Shown here one piece after another: positions 1-9,556 of a stretch of 40,289 bases of DNA (the stretch's first letter is position 1; every line of letters starts with the position of its first letter). The position numbers were made by a program, and so were the translations under genes. The notes under the pieces are model-generated. The model was given only the letters and a program-made list of their open reading frames with translations, did no database searches and was not told the DNA's origin. This stretch comes from Candidatus Thorarchaeota archaeon (lineage in GTDB: Archaea > Asgardarchaeota > Thorarchaeia > Thorarchaeales > Thorarchaeaceae): contig JBHLRZ010000029.1 of assembly GCA_048882045.1 (NCBI GenBank), positions 1-40,289 of the forward strand, in the 5' to 3' direction.

Positions 1-1398
1 TTCATGAGTCACACCTGAAACAGTCCAGTTCATAGCCAAGTTCGGATGTGTTTCGTCATCCGAACCATATGTGTTCCGAACAGAATCAATGCATGGTCCG
101 TGAACCGATTCCTTGACAGTGAACGGAATCACATCACCCTCCTTTGTTAGTATGTCTTCTTGGTGGATTGTGAAATCCCTCCACTCTCCATTGTACATGT
201 ACTGATCAGGATTGGCAGGATTGAGCTGTTCAACGAAGACATCATTGACGTCAGCACCGACATTTGTGAAGCTGTACGCGATGTGATCATTGTGACCAAT
301 GAGAACCGATGGAAGTCCCGGGAATGTTGTTCCAGTAACATCGAGAACTCCCGGTACCACAATGTGTGCCTCGTACCATACTGATGGTGCTTGATGTTCA
401 AGGTGTGGGTCTCCAGCCACGATAGGCATTCCAGTTGATGATTTAGAACCGTTGACTGCCCAGTTATTACTGCCAACGAACTCCATGTCGCCAAATGGTT
501 TGATGACATCATTCATCATATTGATCACAGCCTCAAGCTTGTCTTGAGGGATGGTTGCGACCTCTGCCAATGCAATGCTGGAGGATTGATCAGGAACAGA
601 TGACAGTGGAACTTTTCCAGGTCCAAGTGGATACTCTGCGAGACTGAGGTTGTGCTGTTCCAGAATTATAGGAACTACATTAGGCATAACATCTGGCAGA
701 AGATCATGGTACATTGTGTCATTATCGAGTGTTTCTCGAATCCACAAACGCTGGAAGTCCATTAGTCCTCCGGCAAGACCCCATGCGAGCATCTTAGCAT
801 TGATCAAGCAATCCACCGGTGTCCAGGGCTCAGGTGTGTATCCGAGAACCTTGAACTCCATCGGCATGCTCGCACTAGTAAGGGAATTGATGAACACATT
901 TGCACCTGCACATTCTGCATAGAGACCATTGAGTGCCTCTTGAACATCTGGATCAGACGCCGCATTTGCTTCCAACCAATCAAGTGTGTCCTGAGCTGAC
1001 CGTGCTAGACCGATTGAACGGTAGAACATGTCCGAACTAGCTGCATAACCACCCACAATCTCACTCACCTTTCCAGCTGCAAAAGCGTTCTGTATTGTAA
1101 TCTGAAACAACCGGTCTTTTGCATGCATATACCCTAGCGCCATAATGGCATCAAAAGTAGACTCAGCGTAGATGTGGGGAACTCCCAAATGGTCTATAAT
1201 CACTTCAACTTCGGCAGTCAACCCAGTAAGTGTGATTACTTGGTCACCAGGCTCAGGGGCACCGTTGTCGAAGATACCACCAATGGGTTGAATGATACCT
1301 AATCCACCGGTCAGAGGACCAATAGGCATTGAAAGGATGACAATCAATACAATTGGACCAATGAACGAGAGGACAAGGTTCACACCCTTTCTCTTCAT
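1..1398 (-). CDS. Penicillin acylase family (Ntn-hydrolase) protein, membrane-anchored; C-terminal part runs off the left window edge
   Basis: Absent from the ORF track because it has no stop in the window. Read by hand from ATG at 1398: MKRKGVNLVLSFIGPIVLIVIL (N-terminal anchor), VEVIIDHLGVPHIYAESTFDAIMALGYMHAKDRLFQ, and GSNNWAVNGSKSSTGMPIVAGDPHLEHQAPSVWYEAH with the catalytic Ser codon at 469-471. Confidence 0.93.
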   Translation of the reverse strand, partial: MKRKGVNLVLSFIGPIVLIVILSMPIGPLTGGLGIIQPIGGIFDNGAPEPGDQVITLTGLTAEVEVIIDHLGVPHIYAESTFDAIMALGYMHAKDRLFQITIQNAFAAGKVSEIVGGYAASSDMFYRSIGLARSAQDTLDWLEANAASDPDVQEALNGLYAECAGANVFINSLTSASMPMEFKVLGYTPEPWTPVDCLINAKMLAWGLAGGLMDFQRLWIRETLDNDTMYHDLLPDVMPNVVPIILEQHNLSLAEYPLGPGKVPLSSVPDQSSSIALAEVATIPQDKLEAVINMMNDVIKPFGDMEFVGSNNWAVNGSKSSTGMPIVAGDPHLEHQAPSVWYEAHIVVPGVLDVTGTTFPGLPSVLIGHNDHIAYSFTNVGADVNDVFVEQLNPANPDQYMYNGEWRDFTIHQEDILTKEGDVIPFTVKESVHGPCIDSVRNTYGSDDETHPNLAMNWTVSGVTHE

Positions 1399-1486
1399 TT
1401 TCTCTCAAACTCTCAATAATTCGATTCTGTTGCTATGTGCGGCGTGCCCTTTAAGCATTGGGAGAGATTTTTAAAATCGAAGTCAA

Positions 1487-1921
1487 TTATATGGACACAT
1501 CATCATAGTCTAGAACACCTACCTGCGCTGTCATCTTCCAATCGTTATCTACCTTGGAATAGATTTTGCAGGTTCTACCCATCCATCGGTTTTCCTCCCC
1601 TGATTTACTTCGCCAGAAGGTATCAATGTCAACCACAGCGAAAGCTCCATCACCCTCTTTAGACACCTCTATTCTTCTGATGGTTCGAATGTTATGGACT
1701 AGTTCATGTGTATCGAAGAGATTCTGCCAACCTTCACGCCAGCGTTTCTCATCATACCTGCCCCACTCAATAATCCAGTCTATCGGATCGTGTGCTCGAG
1801 CGTGAGGAGGCCATGGCCAGACCATATCAGGATGAAAGACAGTCATAAGGAGCTCAACATCCTGAGTATCCCATGCTCTAGTCTCTCGGTCTACGATTTC
1901 TCTTATATCGTTCTCAGTCAT
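1487..1921 (-). CDS. NTF2-like / SnoaL-like (DUF4440-type) protein
   Basis: IREIVDRETRAWDTQDVELLMTVFHPDMV N-terminus, beta strands with GDGAFAVV, and terminal KVDNDWKM typical of the NTF2 fold. Confidence 0.8.
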   Translation of the reverse strand: MTENDIREIVDRETRAWDTQDVELLMTVFHPDMVWPWPPHARAHDPIDWIIEWGRYDEKRWREGWQNLFDTHELVHNIRTIRRIEVSKEGDGAFAVVDIDTFWRSKSGEENRWMGRTCKIYSKVDNDWKMTAQVGVLDYDDVSI

Positions 1922-2083
1922 TTAAACTCGAAACTAGAATCTTTACACGTTTATATAAAATTACGAGTACAGGCTGCTGGTAGTAGGGAGGTGACAGTGA
2001 TTTAATCATCCGTCCAAATGAATTAAACTGAGGAGGACTGCATTCATGATTGAGCAGTTAAACATAGCCTTCAATAACATGGA

Positions 2084-2644
2084 TTAACCCCTCAATCTCT
2101 CGTCAGCTTCTAGTCTTTCAAGTATCTGTTTTTCAAGATCAAGTAGCCGCTGATGGGATGACGGATCTAGATGTTCAATAAGACGATTTCTACATATGAT
2201 GAAGAAGTCTGACCGACGATCTCCAAAGTATTCCAAATCTGTCGTTTCAATCTTCTTTTCATTTTGTTTCAATAATCTTCCCAGACGACCCTTACTCTCA
2301 TCTCCAGTAGTCTGTACATCGAAGACATCAAAGTTAGCAAATCTGAATAGACCAGTATCCGCATCTTTTGGGATTATCTCGGGAACATCTTTCGGTTCTA
2401 AATACTGAAGACCGAGCATCATCGTTTTGATGTGTACGGGATCCAAGTCTGTTTCAAATACACACCTTAAAGTTCTAGCCCAAGTCCCTCCGGCGGCTCG
2501 ACCGGAGACCCAATCTCTCTTTAGAAGATTTGATTCACCTATGGTAGACATCACAATCATAACTCTCTCGTGATTCTCTTCAAAGAAACCTAGGGCGTCA
2601 TAACAGTCTATATACACTGTTCGAACACCGAACGAGCTTTTCAT
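2084..2644 (-). CDS. Hypothetical protein (weak CitX-like resemblance)
   Basis: 186-aa ORF with globular composition; no confident motif. Confidence 0.65.
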   Translation of the reverse strand: MKSSFGVRTVYIDCYDALGFFEENHERVMIVMSTIGESNLLKRDWVSGRAAGGTWARTLRCVFETDLDPVHIKTMMLGLQYLEPKDVPEIIPKDADTGLFRFANFDVFDVQTTGDESKGRLGRLLKQNEKKIETTDLEYFGDRRSDFFIICRNRLIEHLDPSSHQRLLDLEKQILERLEADERLRG

Positions 2645-2909
2645 ACTTTATCCACTCTTGGCTTTAACTGGATTCCAAATAGATAATATTAGATGATTAG
2701 TAGATAAATGAAATGTGGTTGACATATATTTCGGTGGGGGTGCAATAAAAGGGAGAGTGACAACTTCTTTTGGTAGTAGGGTCGAGAACTAAGAGATTGT
2801 GTGGTAGGGACTGCAAAGGGAAAACAGTCTAAAGACCTCGACATGTCGCGATTGAAGAGAGGAGAGAATGCGATGAGGGTGTTGACCGTGATTGAATTCT
2901 AGCCATAGC

Positions 2910-3200
2910 TCATTGTGTTTCATAAACCACTATAGAGATGAACACAATGGTATAGATTATGTAAGGGAGAAGATACCAACTCGTCAGGAAAGGTAGAGCT
3001 TGAATAAATGGAGTGATTAGTAATCCAAAGAGGATTATCCAGCCAATCAAGAACCAGACTAAGAAAATTATCCGAATCTGTTTGGATCGTTGCTCTTTGC
3101 TTCTTCTTGGTCGAAGAATGAAAAACCAAACGAATAAGCAAAAGTAGAACCCCATGTGCATAAGTGGTGCCAAGAATATGGATATACTCACCTCATCCAA
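2910..3200 (-). CDS. Small hypothetical membrane protein (3 TM)
   Basis: Three hydrophobic stretches with a basic loop RPRRSKEQRSK; GGTGGAG SD-like sequence upstream of the TTG start. Confidence 0.6.
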   Translation of the reverse strand: MDEVSISIFLAPLMHMGFYFCLFVWFFILRPRRSKEQRSKQIRIIFLVWFLIGWIILFGLLITPFIQALPFLTSWYLLPYIIYTIVFISIVVYETQ

Positions 3201-3222
3201 TTATCTCCACCAACCATCTCAG

Positions 3223-3256
3223 GGATGAGGGGGTGACTAAATAGTCCCCCCTATCC
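3223..3256 (-). terminator. Stem-loop immediately downstream of the carbamoyltransferase
   Basis: Imperfect inverted repeat ggat-g-aggggg-t-gact[aaat]agtc-ccccct-atcc, 5 nt after the stop at 3262. Confidence 0.5.
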
Positions 3257-3261
3257 TTTTC

Positions 3262-4314
3262 CTAAATTATAGCCGCCATTAGGGCTTTTTGTGCGTGCAT
3301 TCTGTTACCCGCTTCATCAAAGACAATACTCTGAGGCCCATCAATGACCTCATCAGTGACCTCCATGCCTCGGTCTGCAGGAAGACAGTGCATATAGATT
3401 GCTTCCGATGTCAAGTCCATCTTAGGCTGATCACAGATCCACGACTGATTCTTGTTTGCGTATTCTAAAGCCAGTTTCTTGTCTGGTTCAGGAGGGCCAC
3501 CCCATGGACCTGGTAATGCAGCTCTGGCAGTCCAACTCTTGGGATAGACCACGTGGGCGCCTTCGAATGCTTCTTCCATGTTGTCAGTTTCCTCGAAACT
3601 TCCACCATATCGGTCAGCATTCTCCTTGCAATATTCGATTATCTTGTCATCAAGCTCGAATCCCTTTGGTCGTGCGAAGACAACATCCATCCCCATCTTG
3701 GTAGCACTCAGAACGCAACTTTGCGGCACCGCGAGCGGTTTTAGACCTGCACTGTAAGCCCAAGACATGACGTACTTCTTACCCTGAAACTTACCTACAT
3801 GTTCATCCACAGCTTGAATGTCTGCCAATGCTTGACATGGATGATATACATCATCCTCCATATTTATCACAGGAATCTTGGCCCATTTGGCAAACTCCTG
3901 TAGTGTGCGATGACCTCGTCCGTATTGCCACTTAGCGGCGTCCCCATAAAGTCTGATAGCAATCGCATCACCCATTTCATCGAGGACTCGTGCAACATCT
4001 GCAATTCTCTCAGTCTTGTATGCCTCTTCATCCTCTGGGAGGGCAGGAACATAGATGTCCTGGGGAGATAGGAAGTGCGCATGACCCCCTAACTGTGTCA
4101 TACCTCCCTCGAAGCTATTCCTTGTCCGTAGAGACCTATTGAAGAAAATCATGAAAAGCGTTCTATCACGAAGAATGTCCGAAGTAGATACTCTGTCTTT
4201 GTACTTCTTCTTCAGATCCTTTGCTGCATCAATCAACGTCTTAAGATCTTCTTGTGACCATGACTGGGTCTCTAGCCAGTCTCTACCCTTGAATATACCA
4301 ACATAAGATGTCAT
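3262..4314 (-). CDS. Carbamoyltransferase of the ornithine/N-acylornithine family, YgeW/ArgF'-like (knotted) subgroup
   Basis: Carbamoyl-phosphate motif FFNRSLRTRNSFE, HPCQ, HCLPADRG, EAGNR; MSWAYS..KPLAVPQ and VYPKSW resemble YgeW rather than classical ArgF (no DxxxSMG). Confidence 0.9.
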   Translation of the reverse strand: MTSYVGIFKGRDWLETQSWSQEDLKTLIDAAKDLKKKYKDRVSTSDILRDRTLFMIFFNRSLRTRNSFEGGMTQLGGHAHFLSPQDIYVPALPEDEEAYKTERIADVARVLDEMGDAIAIRLYGDAAKWQYGRGHRTLQEFAKWAKIPVINMEDDVYHPCQALADIQAVDEHVGKFQGKKYVMSWAYSAGLKPLAVPQSCVLSATKMGMDVVFARPKGFELDDKIIEYCKENADRYGGSFEETDNMEEAFEGAHVVYPKSWTARAALPGPWGGPPEPDKKLALEYANKNQSWICDQPKMDLTSEAIYMHCLPADRGMEVTDEVIDGPQSIVFDEAGNRMHAQKALMAAII

Positions 4315-4547
4315 GATTAATCACGCTGAGTAGTTGAAATCTGCAGTAGGATAAAAGATTGCCCCTTTCTAGTGCTTCTCTATCATGCACATTTTCTGAA
4401 TGCACCACAGTCAATCGCACTCAGCCAGGCTGAGAATTATTTCCATGGACAGGGGCAATTTTGGTTTTGATAATGCGCTGATTTGATTAGGAGCAGAAAA
4501 TTGTTCTACCCTTCGACTTCTGAATACGTGCGAAAATATTATCTCAA

Positions 4548-5129
4548 TTGGTCCGAATAATATTGAGGGTGTTTCGTATCCGTAAATTTAATGATCTTGT
4601 TACATCGCTAATGATCATATCGATGTTCATTGTGATAAGCGGATCAGCATTTCTCATACTACAAATGCAACCAGGGCTACCTACTTATGACGCCCTCCCT
4701 CCTTCAAACGCAATACCTAGTGAAGAATCAACATGGGAGAACTTCGGAAACCTGTCAATCAGTGCAAGTATCTCTTGCGATGTTATGGACACTCATCGAA
4801 CTGACAGATTTGAGGTTGAACTCTATCTCAATGTAAACAATACTGGACCAACCGACGTTCAGGACTTTCACCCAGTGAAGCTCTCTATATTTCGGGAAGA
4901 CCATTTTCACTACTTCACCTTTGGTCTCTTGCCTTCGACGAATACTACATTGCATGGATTCTCAAATGTCACAATATACTACGGTGGTGATAGAACTCTG
5001 AACACAATTGAGGACATAACACCTACTCAGGGATCTATCAGAGCCTACGGACGTGTGTTGATTACATTTGGTGACCAGCAGGCAATTGTAACTACGTCGC
5101 TCTTTGTAGACTATTTTCCAATAGAATGA
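4548..5129 (+). CDS. Membrane-anchored hypothetical protein with beta-rich (Ig-like) extracellular domain; paralog of 7645-8196
   Basis: N-terminal TM, LNVNNTG motif, several N-x-S/T sequons; start uncertain. Confidence 0.7.
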   Translation: MVRIILRVFRIRKFNDLVTSLMIISMFIVISGSAFLILQMQPGLPTYDALPPSNAIPSEESTWENFGNLSISASISCDVMDTHRTDRFEVELYLNVNNTGPTDVQDFHPVKLSIFREDHFHYFTFGLLPSTNTTLHGFSNVTIYYGGDRTLNTIEDITPTQGSIRAYGRVLITFGDQQAIVTTSLFVDYFPIE

Positions 5130-5235
5130 TCCGAACTGTCCAGAAAAGACATCATTAGTCCGGATTATCAGGTTTTAACTGTCATAGCGTTGATATTGAA
5201 GTAACTCAATTTTGTCAGACAATCTTTTCGTTTTT

Positions 5236-6813
5236 TCATTTTTTGGAAGCACTTTCATGTTTGACAGTCGATTGAATCTGCTCTTCGTCAGGAAATACCT
5301 GATTAAAAGAGAGAGTGAATCGATTTTCTTTTGTCTGTTCAATCCATGAGTATTCAAAGACTCCACCAAATTTCTGCATGAGTATCTTAACAGTGTACAA
5401 ATCGAGACTCAATGTAGTTTTTGAAGGCTGAATTTCAGAAAAGAGTGAGTTTTCAATATCCAATGGAATTCTTGGTGCATCGAATGAGAATTGAAGTGTT
5501 AGAGTTTGAGTGGTGATTATGGGAGAAATCTCTAGTTTTGAATTGGGATAGTTTTTGCAGATGAATGACAAGAGGTTTACAAAGACAAGTTCAAGGAATT
5601 CATCAGCTAGCACATGGATATTTGTGGATAGAGGACTATATTTCTCGTGGAAACAGTCAGGACCATATAGGTTCTTAGTAATCACTAGGGACGCTGCTAG
5701 TGCTTCCGATATTTTTAGAGGGTATACCTCTATATCCTCCTTCTCCTTCAATTTGATGAGGGCAGCAACCTGACTGTTGATTTGACCTGTTTCTCTTCCA
5801 ATCTCAATTGCTGCATCAGCAAGTTCGACAATCTTTTGATCTTTGTCTGAGCTGGATGAGATCATCTCAAGGTAGAGGATCATACTTTGTAACAGGTTTC
5901 CAATTTTATGGCCCCACACATTGAGGTAGAATTCACTCTCTTCTCTTGTTTCTTCAAGCTGTTTTGTTCGTTTGCGGACTAATTCCATCATAATCCTTCT
6001 AGGTTCAATAACTGAAGTAGTTACAATTACAGACGCGATTAGAAATAGACCAGCAATGAAAACAGAGTACCAAACAAGCTCCATCACCTGTAATGGGTTG
6101 CTTTGAGAGGCAAATAACATCACTGTCATAAACCAAAGACACAATGCGAGCGCTGAGGACAAGTTGATTCTGTTTCTATCAATCCTCCAAGCTCGGAAAT
6201 ATTTGACTACTGCTAGGAACATACTTGAAGGAATGAACAAGAAGAAAAACCAAGCAATCGGAGAGAACCCAACGATTCCAGCTCCAACAGGTGTTGTGAT
6301 GAACACAGGTTCAGGACTAAGAAAGAACCAAAGAGAAATAGCTGGTACAACAAGTCCACCCCATGTGAGGAGTGAATATAGCTGTTTCTTTGTCACCTCA
6401 GAAATACTATTCAATGAACCAAATAGTACAGAGGGACCCAAAATCAAACCAAAGGCAATCACTATTGTTCGATTTCTGTCTCTGTCTGCGAATGGTGAAA
6501 GCGCCGCAAATGAGGTATTACTTAGGAGGTAAAGGAACCCGTCTAACAGCAAATTGATTGCCATAAGGAGTAAGACCAAATCTCTGAATTGTCTTTCAAG
6601 AGTATATTGGGCTAACGAGTATGAGAAGATGATTCCTGCCAGTAATGTTCCTAGAGGCATCAGAATAGCCAACCAGAAACTCATCTGAGATGATTCAAGT
6701 ATGATATACGCGCTTCCCGTTATGGTAAATAGAAGAGCAGTTGTAACAATTATCACAAAGGCAAGCACAATAGTGTAATCACCCTTTGTTAGCGTTCGTT
6801 TCACACTCATCAC
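5236..6813 (-). CDS. Multi-TM sensor histidine-kinase-like protein with degenerate ATP-binding domain
   Basis: About 8 TM helices, then coiled coil and H-box EFYLNVWGHKIGNLLQ; VLADEFLELVFVNLL precedes a broken N-box; G1/G2 boxes degenerate. Confidence 0.8.
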   Translation of the reverse strand: MMSVKRTLTKGDYTIVLAFVIIVTTALLFTITGSAYIILESSQMSFWLAILMPLGTLLAGIIFSYSLAQYTLERQFRDLVLLLMAINLLLDGFLYLLSNTSFAALSPFADRDRNRTIVIAFGLILGPSVLFGSLNSISEVTKKQLYSLLTWGGLVVPAISLWFFLSPEPVFITTPVGAGIVGFSPIAWFFFLFIPSSMFLAVVKYFRAWRIDRNRINLSSALALCLWFMTVMLFASQSNPLQVMELVWYSVFIAGLFLIASVIVTTSVIEPRRIMMELVRKRTKQLEETREESEFYLNVWGHKIGNLLQSMILYLEMISSSSDKDQKIVELADAAIEIGRETGQINSQVAALIKLKEKEDIEVYPLKISEALAASLVITKNLYGPDCFHEKYSPLSTNIHVLADEFLELVFVNLLSFICKNYPNSKLEISPIITTQTLTLQFSFDAPRIPLDIENSLFSEIQPSKTTLSLDLYTVKILMQKFGGVFEYSWIEQTKENRFTLSFNQVFPDEEQIQSTVKHESASKK

Positions 6814-6956
6814 GGAATCTCTTCCTTCTATGAACCATTACTTTTAGAGATTAAAATGACATACAAGACCAAATATATCTTGTAGTTTTCTGAATGGGTT
6901 TTTTCCTTCAGTGAAACCTCCTAAGTAGGAATATATGCAGAATTAATCACAGAGAT

Positions 6957-7574
6957 TTGGTAATAGGCGAAATGACTGAGCAGCTAGAACTAATGGTGAA
7001 GTACCTGATTCATCTACAGTTCTATTCGGAAGATGAGGGTGTTCTCTATAGTCGTGATAAAAAACATCGTATTTCTATTGATGGTATTGGTCCAGTCATT
7101 GAAGCATTTGAAGAAGAGTTTCGAAGTCGAGTTCATCTGATCAAAAGAAAAGAGTTTCGTCGATTCCTTAATGAGGTTGCCCGAGTCATTCCCTATGACG
7201 TCGAAGCGGTTCTTCTTGAATTCAACAAGAATGTGAAAGAGATTGGAAGTCATAATCTGACAGACGAGCTGTCTGTGAACTTTTTGATAGGACCAATCAG
7301 GTCCGCACTTCAAACGCGTGAGTTTGAGTTGTGTATGTATGACATTCGCAGAGATGCGATAGAGAGGCTCGGAACAGACAACGCAAGAGCGATTGTCGAT
7401 GAACGTATCTCTGATTTCTACTCAAGAAACGAATTTTCCGTTTCGATGCTTCACAATCTGGCTCTTTTGAAGATGTTAACAACCCTCTATGGATCATCCG
7501 AAGTACAGGACAGAGTTGGATTGATCTTTGAGCAGTTCTGCGAAGAATTGATTATAAAGTTGACAAAAAACTAG
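6957..7574 (+). CDS. Hypothetical all-alpha protein (start probably ATG 6972)
   Basis: 205-aa ORF with helical, charged composition; no motif recognised. Confidence 0.7.
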   Translation: MVIGEMTEQLELMVKYLIHLQFYSEDEGVLYSRDKKHRISIDGIGPVIEAFEEEFRSRVHLIKRKEFRRFLNEVARVIPYDVEAVLLEFNKNVKEIGSHNLTDELSVNFLIGPIRSALQTREFELCMYDIRRDAIERLGTDNARAIVDERISDFYSRNEFSVSMLHNLALLKMLTTLYGSSEVQDRVGLIFEQFCEELIIKLTKN

Positions 7575-7644
7575 AGATATGTATCCAATATGATACAAGA
7601 AGGAGATGCATAAAACTACAAATGGCTGAGGTGCAGATGATTCA

Positions 7645-8196
7645 TTGAAGAAAAGATTCGTTGGAATCGTTGCGGTGGTAATCATTGGAGTATTTGTAGT
7701 CATACGGTTTCAAATTCCATATTATACTTGGTACAATCCACAAGAGAGTCTATCTCATTTACCTGCTCCTAGTTCAGTTCCAGGAGAACATGTCAATGCG
7801 ACCATAAATGGTAACCTCAGCATTAGTGTAATTGGCTCATTCTACACAATGCGACCACACATAGGTCCCTCGACGTTCGATTTCACGATTGATGTGAGAG
7901 TCAACAATACTGGTGATTCGCCAGTCACTGATTTTCACGTAGTGAAGGTGACAATGTTCTATGAGAGTGCGACTCCATTCTACACCTTCGGTGTAGTTCC
8001 TGACAGCAACTTAACGATTTCAGCCAACAATTTCACTTGGATTCAAGAATATCGGAACGATCGGGACATGGTATCTATTCCTTCACACCTATTTCACGAG
8101 TATAACGTCTTTGCTAGGGTGTTAGTGACATTTGATGTTGAGAACGAAATCATTCTGACCACGCCATTAACATCGCTTGGTCATGCAATTGAGTGA
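7645..8196 (+). CDS. Membrane-anchored hypothetical protein with beta-rich extracellular domain; paralog of 4548-5129
   Basis: MKKR + hydrophobic anchor, VRVNNTGDSPVTDFHVVK, sequons; GAGGTG SD upstream. Confidence 0.75.
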   Translation: MKKRFVGIVAVVIIGVFVVIRFQIPYYTWYNPQESLSHLPAPSSVPGEHVNATINGNLSISVIGSFYTMRPHIGPSTFDFTIDVRVNNTGDSPVTDFHVVKVTMFYESATPFYTFGVVPDSNLTISANNFTWIQEYRNDRDMVSIPSHLFHEYNVFARVLVTFDVENEIILTTPLTSLGHAIE

Positions 8197-8354
8197 CTGA
8201 ATGGAAAAATATGAGCAGAAGACTGCCGTCAGGGATCGTGGGGTTTGGGGTTGCATGAAGAGTTTAGTGAAATCTTAGAAAACTCAACCTGTCGAAACGC
8301 CTCTGCTCGTGATCAATGAAATCAACTGGAAATATGGAATCGAGTAACACAGGG

Positions 8355-8942
8355 TCAAATATTCAATTCATCCAATCTTTCAAAGAATTTCCGAGTTAAA
8401 AAGGCGCGATACCTGAAACCACCCCATCCTGACTCTTCCATCAATCTGTCAACGGGTCCGAGAAGATCATCACGCGACATCAGTTTTACATCAAAGATCT
8501 CATGAGTATCGATTGGATTCATCTCACCATTGACAGGAGAAGCAAGAAAGACAAAGGAGCGCCACGGTATTTCCCTGTCTTTACAAACGACTGTTAGATG
8601 CATGTCGAGTATGAAACGTTCCAATTGAACAGTCAAACCAGTTTCCTCATACATTTCTCGAATGGCTGCATCGTAGAGTGATTCACCCGGATGTGCGCCT
8701 CCCGAAGGAGCGCGGAATATCCCAGAACGTGCGTATTGATTCTTTTGAATTACTACGTACTTGTCATCCTGTTGAATGAAACACGTGATATCATGGAGCC
8801 GTCCCTTGGATTCAGTCTTCTTCACAAGAGCACATTCAAAATCAAGAAAGCGGGTTTGAAAATTTAAACTGACAGGTTCACCATATTTCTCAACAAGCAA
8901 AGCCAGTTCGTTCTCATCAATGTCGTTCAGGATTCTCGCCAC
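8355..8942 (-). CDS. NUDIX hydrolase
   Basis: Nudix box GGAHPGESLYDAAIREMYEETGL. Confidence 0.92.
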   Translation of the reverse strand: MARILNDIDENELALLVEKYGEPVSLNFQTRFLDFECALVKKTESKGRLHDITCFIQQDDKYVVIQKNQYARSGIFRAPSGGAHPGESLYDAAIREMYEETGLTVQLERFILDMHLTVVCKDREIPWRSFVFLASPVNGEMNPIDTHEIFDVKLMSRDDLLGPVDRLMEESGWGGFRYRAFLTRKFFERLDELNI

Positions 8943-9028
8943 TGGTTTCAGTCAGCACAGATGCATAAACGTTACGAGACAACAACCTTTTACGAATTGG
9001 TTCTATTATACCATGGAGAGGTTATGTA

Positions 9029-9556
9029 ATGCAGAAGAAAATAGGTGAGGTTCTAATCAAGACCTATATGGGAGATATCACTGAGCTTGCAGTTGATGTC
9101 ATCGCAAATGCAGCAAACTCAGACCTATGGATGGGATCCGGAGTAGCTGGTGCCATCAAGAAGAAAGGTGGAGAAGAGATTGAGAGGGAAGCACTTTCGT
9201 TGGGACCAATTCGCCCAGGTGAAGCAGTCATGACAACTGCTGGAGCCCTTCAATCAAAATATGTCATTCACTGTGCTGGTATGCCACCAGGTGGAAGGGC
9301 TACATACTGGAAAGTTCTGTCTTCTGTACAAGCGGCATTGAACATAGCTTCTGACCACAATCTTAGATCGATTGCCTTCCCAGCGATAGGAGCTGGAGTG
9401 GGTGGTCTTGGGGAGGAACAATCAGCTAAAGCAATTGCTAAAGGGATTTATCATTATTCCCAGGCACCTGGTTCAGTAAAGGAAATAACTCTCGTTGGAA
9501 TGAACAAATATGCATGTGAATGCTTCTGCAAAGCAGTAGAAGATTGTCAGGAGTAG
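9029..9556 (+). CDS. Macro domain protein (ADP-ribose binding / O-acetyl-ADP-ribose deacetylase / de-ADP-ribosylase type)
   Basis: GDIT..VDVIANAANS.L.MGSGVAGAI, VIHCAG, SIAFPAIGAGVGG; GGAGAGG SD. Confidence 0.95.
   Translation: MQKKIGEVLIKTYMGDITELAVDVIANAANSDLWMGSGVAGAIKKKGGEEIEREALSLGPIRPGEAVMTTAGALQSKYVIHCAGMPPGGRATYWKVLSSVQAALNIASDHNLRSIAFPAIGAGVGGLGEEQSAKAIAKGIYHYSQAPGSVKEITLVGMNKYACECFCKAVEDCQE

Noticed and set aside
147-1474. Short ORF-track entries (147-512, 160-384, 650-922, 1292-1474) and similar antisense ORFs across the window
   Set aside because: They are shadows of well-supported genes such as the penicillin acylase and nuo subunits.
2650-2909. Possible ncRNA or TGA readthrough extension of the 2910-3200 ORF
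   Set aside because: Readthrough adds only a short featureless stretch; no SECIS-like or tRNA-like structure was recognised.
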